DNA from: a virus
Reading direction: 5' to 3' (one strand)
Length of the DNA: 43,720 bases
Virus record (IMG/VR): IMGVR_UViG_3300043313_001521
Below, piece after piece: positions 7,230-13,469 of this stretch (its first letter is position 1; the number at the start of each line of letters is the position of its first letter). The position numbers were made by a program, and so were the translations under genes. Below the pieces are notes generated by a model. The model was given only the letters and a program-made list of their open reading frames with translations, ran no database searches and was not told where the DNA came from.

Positions 7230-7800
7230 CACCTAGACCACGAGCCAGACCACGAGCACCGGGTGAGCCGGTGCTAGTGGCGCGTCCGGCACGCGGGTCA
7301 CCGGCACGCTCTCGAGCTCGAGCACCCGGTGAGGATGTCCAGGACGGTCGGCATGAGCCAGACCACGGCTACGGGCACGCTGGACCTCACCGGCACCCGT
7401 ACGGCTCACGGGCTGGCTCACCATGATGATCAGCACCGGCACCGGCCGGACCACGAGCCGCGCTGCAGCTGGACGGGCACGAGCCGGACCTCACCGGCCG
7501 CTGGACCTCATCGGCCACGAGCCGGCACCCGGACGCGCCTACGGGCTTACGAGCCGGTGCTCATCGGACCTGGACGGTTCACCGGGTGCCGGACCTCACC
7601 CGTACCTGGACCTCACCGGCCGCTGGACGGCCACGGGCACCTGGACGGCCACGAGCCGGTCCTACGGCCACGAGCCGGTCCTACGGCCACGAGCCGGTGC
7701 TCACGGGCACCTGGACGTCCTACGGGCTCACGAGCCGGTGCCTACGGTCCTACGGGCTGGCTCACGGGCACGAGCCGGTCGACCGGGTGCTGGACGGTCG
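7230..7800 (+). repeat. Array of short degenerate repeats, all in one orientation (CACGAGCCGG, GGACCTCACCGGC, CCTACGG, CTGGACGG), including 19-nt tandem units
   Basis: Seven exact CACGAGCCGG copies (7478, 7516, 7650, 7669, 7688, 7729, 7769) plus four near copies. Two perfect 19-nt units at 7649-7686. No stop codons in any plus-strand frame over about 7430-7920. Confidence 0.85.
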
Positions 7801-7935
7801 GCGGCTCCGGCTCCGGCCGCCCACAAAGGGCCGTTCGGCCCACGCCATTGGACCTACCCTCGACGGGTGTCACCCGCTTGGAGGTTGTCGAAGCAGGCGC
7901 TGGGGCGCCGGCCGAATCTCCTTAGAGGGCCGATT

Positions 7936-7980
7936 CCCGGCGATTTTTCGACTCTTTCCTGGCCCGGCGATTTTTCGACT
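7936..7980. repeat. Two perfect 18-nt direct repeats, cccggcgatttttcgact, spaced 27 nt start to start
   Basis: The copies at 7936-7953 and 7963-7980 are identical. Each contains a T5 tract, which is unusual in this GC-rich genome. Confidence 0.9.
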
Positions 7981-8240
7981 TTCAGATTCGGGCTCCAATA
8001 AACTGCCATCCCTGTGATTCGTTGACCTTCCGACACCACTGCTCCGACATGCGCTAGCGTGCAGGCAGGGCAAGCTCACTTCCTTGCCTCGGTGGGCGCC
8101 GGGATCAGAGCGGGCGTCGCCGGTAGGTCTGGACCCGACGCCATCGGTTGCGTCCCTTCCGCGAGGGATGCTTCAGACCAGCCCTGCCGGTGGTGCTCCC
8201 CGGCGCCCACCACCACCAGCTAACAGGTGGCGGGGATGGC

Positions 8241-8288
8241 GAGAGCCCCCGGCGGTCGGAGCCGAACAGCCGACCACCGGGGGCTCTC
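8241..8288. other. Long imperfect hairpin (12-bp outer stem plus 6-bp inner stem)
   Basis: gagagcccccgg pairs with ccgggggctctc, and the inner ggtcgg pairs with ccgacc. It lies inside the gene desert and has no flanking U-tract. Confidence 0.7.
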
Positions 8289-8490
8289 TGACGCTACCGA
8301 CCTGAGCATGGGATACCAGGCCGGCAGCGGTTCATCCCAACTACCCGACCGAGAGCCTACGCACGCCTCAGACACCCCCGTGGGGATGTCGAGCGCCCTG
8401 CCCGACCAGCAACCCCCCACGGCGCTCTACGGGCTATGCAGGCCGTGCTGGCCAGCAAGGGGTGGGGGTGGCACCGGGGGGTGAGCATAA

Positions 8491-8570
8491 GGGGGAGCTC
8501 CCCCAGGGTCCTCCCCCAGGGGGGATCTCCCCCAGGGTCTTCCCCCACGGCAGGGGACATCCCCCACCCC
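8491..8570. repeat. About 30-nt tandem repeat (2.6 copies) built from G4-5/C5 hairpins
   Basis: Units are gggggagctcccccagggtcctcccccagg, then ggggatctcccccagggtcttcccccacgg, then a partial caggggacatcccccacccc. There are six C4-5 tracts on the plus strand (G-tracts on the minus strand). Confidence 0.75.
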
Positions 8571-8580
8571 TGACGCGGGA

Positions 8581-8614
8581 GAGCCCCGGCGCAGATGCCC
8601 AGGCGCCGGGGCTC
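8581..8614. other. Hairpin with a 12-bp perfect stem and a 10-nt loop
   Basis: gagccccggcgc-agatgcccag-gcgccggggctc. Confidence 0.7.
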
Positions 8615-8655
8615 CCATGGAACCAACCATCAGGAAAGGCCAGCCTAGACAGCAA

Positions 8656-8685
8656 GGCACCCCCGGGGGAAGGGCCGGGGGTGCC
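8656..8685 (-). terminator. Hairpin terminator downstream of the M23 peptidase operon
   Basis: ggcacccccgg-gggaaggg-ccgggggtgcc forms a perfect 11-bp stem. It lies about 50 nt beyond the stop at 8738 in the minus-strand direction. Confidence 0.6.
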
Positions 8686-8737
8686 GCGGTGAGACTGACC
8701 ATCCAGTTGCGGGGGACCGAGACCCGCGGCCCGAATC

Positions 8738-9484
8738 CTATCTGTTGATCACCGGGTAGTTGTAGAGCACCCGGCGCTCGTCATCGGTGAGGTCGTCCAC
8801 GTTGAAAGCGGACGGGCTGGCGGCCGGTGGGTTCATCGGTTTCTGCGGTGCGATGAGCCCCACCTTCTGGGCCAGGGTCACCTCGGCCGGCTCGGACATG
8901 TTCAACCGGTGGGGCACGCCTTCGACCAACGTCACGGTGAACTGCCCGTTGTTGTCGGTGAACAGGATGTGCGGGGTCGAGTGGGTGGCGAACTTGCTCA
9001 CCAGCGCGTTGCTGATGATCATCCGCATCTGGTTCCAATCGGCTTCGGTCATGCCTTCATCTCCTCCGGGCGTGAGCCCAAACAGTGGTGCCCGGTCCAA
9101 GTAGCCGGTCGGGTCGATGCGGGTGCCGTGCTCCCACAACTCCAGGTGCGCGTGGCTGCCGGTGGACGAGCCGGTGCTGTCGATGTAGCCGATGGTCGTG
9201 CCGGCGGTGACCCACGTGCCGGACCCGACGGCGAAGCTGTCGTGATGGAACGACTTGAACCGGTCGCCTCCGGCGTCACACCACAGCCAGTTGCCCGCCC
9301 CGCTCTCGTATCCCGTCGTAACGACGCCGTCCCATGGAGCGACCACAGGTACCCCCCAAGGTGCGCCGTAATCGACACCCCCGTGGAACGAGCCCTGCGC
9401 CCCGGTGATGGGGTCGACCCTGTAGCCATAGCCCGACGTCTTGCCGTAGCTCTCCAGCAGGGGGAAGTAGGTCAGCTCTCGCAT
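8738..9484 (-). CDS. M23 family metallopeptidase (putative endolysin) with an uncharacterised C-terminal domain
   Basis: Taken from the internal Met (MRELTYFPL...) of ORF 8738..9730. It carries HxxxD (FHGGVDY) and HxH (GSHAHLEL) motifs. Confidence 0.8.
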   Translation of the reverse strand: MRELTYFPLLESYGKTSGYGYRVDPITGAQGSFHGGVDYGAPWGVPVVAPWDGVVTTGYESGAGNWLWCDAGGDRFKSFHHDSFAVGSGTWVTAGTTIGYIDSTGSSTGSHAHLELWEHGTRIDPTGYLDRAPLFGLTPGGDEGMTEADWNQMRMIISNALVSKFATHSTPHILFTDNNGQFTVTLVEGVPHRLNMSEPAEVTLAQKVGLIAPQKPMNPPAASPSAFNVDDLTDDERRVLYNYPVINR

Positions 9485-9500
9485 GGGCGGCTCCAGACGT

Positions 9501-9854
9501 TCAGGTCGGCCGGCACGCCCAATGTAGGCCGGTCTGGCCGACGAGCAGTGGTTGCCCGCACACCCGGCACTTGGGCTCGGCGTTGGCCTTGGCCTGAGCC
9601 TGGCGTTCGGTCGCCCGGATCTCTTTCCACGGCCAGTCGGCGACCGGCTTCTCACCGATGAGCTCGGTGCCGATCCACGCTTCGAGCGGGAGCTCCCGGG
9701 GCTTGGGCTGGGTGGGGTCGGCCCGGTCATGGTCGGCCATCACGTGCCCGCAGCACAGGCCGCAATAGGACCGGCCCCAGGTGGCGAGCACGAGGGGCCG
9801 GGTCGGGGTGGCGGGGCAGTCGCAGCGGGCGCAGCGGGCGAGCGGTCCGTGCAT
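9501..9854 (-). CDS. Cys-rich (zinc-ribbon-like) hypothetical protein (117 aa)
   Basis: Internal ATG preceded by AAGGAG. Motifs CARCDC...CGLCCGH and CRVCG. Confidence 0.65.
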   Translation of the reverse strand: MHGPLARCARCDCPATPTRPLVLATWGRSYCGLCCGHVMADHDRADPTQPKPRELPLEAWIGTELIGEKPVADWPWKEIRATERQAQAKANAEPKCRVCGQPLLVGQTGLHWACRPT

Positions 9855-9892
9855 CTGAAACTCCTTAAAGCCACCGGTGGCCGGGCCGATAG

Positions 9893-10399
9893 ATGTCCAT
9901 GACCGAACACCCATTGCCCCCACCCCCGGCTCCGGCCGCTCCTCCACCTCAGCCGCTCTGGCGCAACCCGATGGCGATCGCCGTGACGGTGGTGCTCGGC
10001 ATCGGCTGGTCCGCCTTCATGATCTCCATCGGCCATGCCACCTCGGCGAGCCCGTCGACCACCACGGCATCGACCATGGCCGCCAGGGCCGTCGAGACGT
10101 ATGCGGCATCCCTGCCACCGACCAGCCGGGCCACGACCACCACCACGGCCATCCCCACCACCACGATCAAGGGTCTGCGGGACGGAACCCTGGTCGTCGG
10201 CACCGACATCGAGCCCGGCACCTACCGCTCGACATCGACGGAGAGCTGCTATTGGGCTCGCCTGCGCAGCTTCAGCGGCACCGGGAACAACATCATCGCC
10301 AACGAGTTCGTCACCTCCGGCACGGCCATCGTCACCATCCAGGCCGGCGACGTCGGCTTCAAGTCCGAGCGGTGCGGCCCCTGGGAACGCATCGGCTGA
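9893..10399 (+). CDS. Membrane-anchored or secreted protein (moron-like, plus strand)
   Basis: High GC3. Pro-rich N-terminus, one transmembrane helix (MAIAVTVVLGIGWSAFMISIG), a Ser/Thr-rich linker, and a C-terminal domain GTYRS..CYWARL...ERCGPW with a Cys pair. Confidence 0.75.
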   Translation: MSMTEHPLPPPPAPAAPPPQPLWRNPMAIAVTVVLGIGWSAFMISIGHATSASPSTTTASTMAARAVETYAASLPPTSRATTTTTAIPTTTIKGLRDGTLVVGTDIEPGTYRSTSTESCYWARLRSFSGTGNNIIANEFVTSGTAIVTIQAGDVGFKSERCGPWERIG

Positions 10400-10425
10400 G
10401 CGAGTCCATGGGCAATGGCTGAAGA

Positions 10426-10449
10426 GCCGGGCAGGGCGACCTGTCCGGC
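10426..10449. terminator. Bidirectional hairpin between convergent genes 9893..10399 (+) and 10459..10953 (-)
   Basis: gccgggcagg-gcga-cctgtccggc forms a 10-bp stem with one G-T pair. Confidence 0.55.
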
Positions 10450-10458
10450 CTTCGGCGT

Positions 10459-10953
10459 CTACTGGTCGAGCATCTCCATGAGCTTGGCCCGGGGGATCAG
10501 GATGCGCCGACCGAACCTGACGGCGGGGATCGTGCCGTCGTTCGCCGCGGCGTAGGCCGCCGACCGAGAGATGCCCAACAGCTCGGCCGCTTCGTCCACG
10601 CTCAAGGTGAGCGAGTCGGCGGCGGGTCGGGACTGACCGGGCTGGTGCACGTTCAGCCTGATGGCCACCTGGGCGCCGTCCACGCTGGCGATGTGGTTGC
10701 GGGCGAGCCGGGCGATAGCGGAGCGGAGCTTGCCGGGCGCTACACCGATCTCGGCCGCCAGGCCGTTGACCTCGTAGCTGGTGGCTTCGCCCTCGGAGCG
10801 CATGTCGCCGGCCAGCAGGTGGGCCAGCAGCACGGCGGTGGGACCGAGCACCGGCGCCCATGCCCGCAGGAACTCGTCGGTGTCCGTCCCGACCGGTCCG
10901 GTCAGGTTGGGGTGGGCACTGATGGTCACGTGGGAAGTCTCCATGGACGGCAA
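10459..10953 (-). CDS. DNA-binding protein with a C-terminal excisionase/MerR-type helix-turn-helix
   Basis: The C-terminus LSVDEAAELLGISRSAAYAAANDGTIPAVRFGRRILIPRAKL matches the excisionase-family HTH pattern. Confidence 0.7.
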   Translation of the reverse strand: MPSMETSHVTISAHPNLTGPVGTDTDEFLRAWAPVLGPTAVLLAHLLAGDMRSEGEATSYEVNGLAAEIGVAPGKLRSAIARLARNHIASVDGAQVAIRLNVHQPGQSRPAADSLTLSVDEAAELLGISRSAAYAAANDGTIPAVRFGRRILIPRAKLMEMLDQ

Positions 10954-10968
10954 CGTACTGGAGCGGCA

Positions 10969-11307
10969 CTAGACGAACCGCACCCGGGGGTCATCCCCCG
11001 GCATCTCGGGGGCAAAGGCGGCCAGCACGTAGGTCGGGCACGGTCCCCGGTACCGACGCCGGATGGTGAGCGTCTCGCAGTGGTGGGCGTCCCGGTAGTA
11101 GGCCACCCGCGGGGTCCTCCGACGCCAGACGTAGAAGTCGATGGTGCCCTCATCGACCAGGACGGCGAACAGCGTCCAGTACCAGTACGAGCCGGTGCGC
11201 ATGATGGCATCGTCCAGCCACGCCTGCGCTTCGGTCGCGGTGGCCTCGTCCATCTCGGCGACCATCTGGTGCCACGCCGGTGCCGTCAGCACCCACCGCT
11301 CAGCCAT
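10969..11307 (-). CDS. Hypothetical protein (112 aa)
   Basis: Internal Met (MAERWVLTAP...) of ORF 10969..11394, in a high GC3 frame packed tightly against its neighbours. Confidence 0.6.
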   Translation of the reverse strand: MAERWVLTAPAWHQMVAEMDEATATEAQAWLDDAIMRTGSYWYWTLFAVLVDEGTIDFYVWRRRTPRVAYYRDAHHCETLTIRRRYRGPCPTYVLAAFAPEMPGDDPRVRFV

Positions 11308-11524
11308 GGCCGTTCCGTCTCCGGTGGACGACGACCCGCACCAGGACGAGCGCCTCGTGGATGTCCTCGGTCTTGCCGAACACCAGGCACACACCGAGCG
11401 CCCCGACCACGTACCAGCCGTCGAAGAGCACGGCGGTGGCGGTGAGCAGGCAGATCAGGCCGATCATCTGCAGGGTGAGCGCCGGGATGGGACGGTCGAA
11501 CAGGGACAGCTCTTCGTCGGTCAT
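11300..11524 (-). CDS. Small membrane protein (74 aa)
   Basis: C-terminal part of ORF 11300..11743, starting at MTDEELSLF. Two hydrophobic helices. ATGA overlap with the upstream gene at 11521-11524. Confidence 0.6.
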   Translation of the reverse strand: MTDEELSLFDRPIPALTLQMIGLICLLTATAVLFDGWYVVGALGVCLVFGKTEDIHEALVLVRVVVHRRRNGHG

Positions 11525-11841
11525 GACGCCAGGGTCGGCGCTGGGCCGGGGTCGTCGCCGTCGTGACGGCCGGGGGGCAGGGGCACGCTCATCTGGCGAC
11601 GGAGGTAGCGCCAATCGAGACCCATGTCGGTGGCGTAGCGGTCGGCCAGAACGGAGATGACCGTGTTGGTCGGGATGCGGGCGTTGACGGTCTTCTGCAG
11701 GATGCTGAGCTGACGATCGGTGCCGGGATCGGTGTCGAGCCACTGGCCAACCAGGGCGCCGAGGACGGTCCCGTGCTCCGACAATGAGCGCAGGGTGCGT
11801 TTGACGAGCAGGTCCAAATCTTCAGGTTTGGGGGGGTTCAC
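11521..11841 (-). CDS. Hypothetical protein (106 aa)
   Basis: GTG start preceded by GGAGAA. High GC3. It is the first gene after the large inverted repeat. Confidence 0.65.
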   Translation of the reverse strand: MNPPKPEDLDLLVKRTLRSLSEHGTVLGALVGQWLDTDPGTDRQLSILQKTVNARIPTNTVISVLADRYATDMGLDWRYLRRQMSVPLPPGRHDGDDPGPAPTLAS

Positions 11842-11870
11842 GGTGGGTGTTCTCCGCTTCTCTCAGGTTT

Positions 11871-11950
11871 GTATAGGGACACGGGTACATAACCGCCATA
11901 TACCAAACGTCTGTTCACATTATGGCGGTTACGTACCCTTGTCCCTATAC
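11871..11950. repeat. 80-bp inverted repeat (30-bp arms with 28/30 matches, 20-nt AT-rich loop)
   Basis: Left arm gtatagggacacgggtacataaccgccata (11871-11900) compared with the reverse complement of the right arm (11921-11950), gtatagggacaagggtacgtaaccgccata. Confidence 0.9.
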
Positions 11951-11954
11951 GCGT

Positions 11955-13469
11955 TCAGAGGGCCAAATAGGGGCTGACTTGGTACTTGGGACCGGGTGGC
12001 CGACCACCCTTTGTGCTCGGTTCTGGGTCAGGTAGGCGGCGGATATAGCCCGACCCTTCAAGCAGTTCTAAGACTGGCTTCAGGTCTTCCACCGTTGGCA
12101 ACCGGTGGCGGCACGCACGGTGAGCCTCCCGCCGGGAGAACACCGTGATGTCGGAGTCCTGCGCCCACTTGATGAGCGCCTTGGCGTTGTCTTGCAGGGG
12201 ACCGTCGGCCATCACCTCGAAGGCGTAGAGCGCGTGAGCGGTCAGGTATTCGGCGATCCTGATGGCGTCGTTGACCGGGCCGACCTCGACGTTCTTGCCC
12301 CAGCCCCGGGCGATGTTCGTGGCCAGGTGCAACAGGCCGGCGATGCGGGCCGTGTGGCCCACCAGCTTGCCCGCCCAGTCCCCGATGTGGCCGAGGTCCC
12401 CCATCTCCCGCAGACGGGGCTCCAGGGCCTCCTGGAAGCGCTGCAGGGCAGCACGGGCTTCGGGGGTGAAGACCAGCGGCACCCGGTCGAAGCCGGCGAG
12501 GGTGGCCACCAGGGTCCGCAGGCTCCCGGCAAAGACCTCTTCGACCTCAGCGGGAACCGGCTCAGGGTCGGAGCGGCGATAGCCCACGTTGTTGGCCGGC
12601 ACGCTCCACAGGAACCGGCCGAGCAGGCCACGGCCCCGGGCGCCGTCGATGGCCAGGAGTTGAGAGAGCACCACGGGCTGCACGGTGAGCCCCAAGGTGA
12701 GGGCCGGCTTCTGGATGATCTCCGGGTCCCGGCCTTTGCGGTCGACTCGGATGGACGAACCGACGTGACCCTTCAGGTAAACCCCCAGGTTCGGACCCTT
12801 GCTGGAGTACCGGCCCGCCATCATCGAGAACACCTCCCCTTCGTCGGAGAACATGGCGATCCGTCCGCCCTGCTCGGCCAGCAGGCTGGTGAGGGCTTCG
12901 GGGGTGGCGTCGTCCACCAGCAGGCGGGGCATGGTGGGCACGACGATGGCCTCAGCCATCGCCGCCTTGGCCGCGGCGAAGTGGGCGGCCTCATCCCGGG
13001 CTTCATCGCCGGCTCGCTCGGCCTCTTGCATGGCCTTGGCGGCGTCGGCCTTGGCGATGGCCAGACGGACCTTGGCCTCATGCACCTCGGGGTTGGCCTC
13101 TTCGATGGCCGTCCGCTCGTAGTCGACCAGCGGTGCCGTCACCCGCATGAAGACCGGCGTCTTGCGGGAGCCCGGCGCCATGGCGGTGGCGGTGAACAGG
13201 TTGAGCTCTTCGTCGTAGCCCGGCTTGATCTCCACGTAAGCCCGACCCCCGGCGGCGGCGGCCAAGGCGGTGAGCGCCAACATGGCGGGCAGGTCGACCG
13301 GCACCTGCACGGCCTCGGCGAGCGCCACCACGTAGGCGTTGATCCACGGCGGGAGTCGGTGGGCGGGGAAGATCGGGGGTTTGCCGGTCTGACCGAGCGG
13401 GACGGGTGGCTCCCATCCATCCCCGTTGGCGCGGGCCTGGCGGGCAATGTCCTCGGCGTAACGGCTCAT
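11955..13469 (-). CDS. DUF3987-type replicative helicase / primase-associated protein
   Basis: 504 aa with a degenerate P-loop (APGSRKT). The C-terminal winged-helix-like tail ending in GGRPPGPKYQVSP is characteristic of DUF3987 phage and plasmid replication proteins. Confidence 0.65.
   Translation of the reverse strand: MSRYAEDIARQARANGDGWEPPVPLGQTGKPPIFPAHRLPPWINAYVVALAEAVQVPVDLPAMLALTALAAAAGGRAYVEIKPGYDEELNLFTATAMAPGSRKTPVFMRVTAPLVDYERTAIEEANPEVHEAKVRLAIAKADAAKAMQEAERAGDEARDEAAHFAAAKAAMAEAIVVPTMPRLLVDDATPEALTSLLAEQGGRIAMFSDEGEVFSMMAGRYSSKGPNLGVYLKGHVGSSIRVDRKGRDPEIIQKPALTLGLTVQPVVLSQLLAIDGARGRGLLGRFLWSVPANNVGYRRSDPEPVPAEVEEVFAGSLRTLVATLAGFDRVPLVFTPEARAALQRFQEALEPRLREMGDLGHIGDWAGKLVGHTARIAGLLHLATNIARGWGKNVEVGPVNDAIRIAEYLTAHALYAFEVMADGPLQDNAKALIKWAQDSDITVFSRREAHRACRHRLPTVEDLKPVLELLEGSGYIRRLPDPEPSTKGGRPPGPKYQVSPYLAL

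Noticed and set aside
7230-7800. Possible CRISPR array
   Set aside because: The repeated words are 8-19 nt and abut each other with no unique spacers of comparable length. There is no 23-47-nt repeat with regular spacing, no leader, and no cas genes anywhere in the genome.
7142-8017. Four overlapping plus-strand ORFs (7142..7426, 7329..7925, 7423..8001, 7586..8017) encoding Arg/Pro/Gly/Thr-rich proteins
   Set aside because: All three frames are open at once because the short-repeat array contains no stop triplets. The repeat period (19 nt, with words of 8-13 nt) is not a multiple of three, so no frame has a consistent peptide repeat or the GC3 bias of real genes. The ORFs also start downstream of a strong terminator.
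7870-8079. Minus-strand ORF whose product would contain a duplicated SRKIAG peptide encoded by the 18-nt direct repeats
   Set aside because: GC3 is low (about 58% by eye) compared with real genes, there is no ribosome-binding site, and the AAGGAG at about 7918-7925 is not followed by a start codon at a suitable distance. The DNA-level repeat is the more economical explanation.
8084-8702. ORFs in the G/C-tract and hairpin region (for example 8227..8484 +, 8427..8702 -, 8462..8692 +)
   Set aside because: They run straight through long hairpins and homopolymer repeats. GC3 by eye is only moderate (about 75% or less, against about 90% in real genes). They overlap each other on both strands and lack ribosome-binding sites.
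5955-8737. tRNA or tmRNA genes in the large non-coding regions
   Set aside because: I scanned both strands by eye for T-arm/T-loop signatures (GGTTCGAAT-like sequences flanked by complementary 5-bp arms) and cloverleaf spacing and found none. A tRNAscan-SE or ARAGORN run would settle this.
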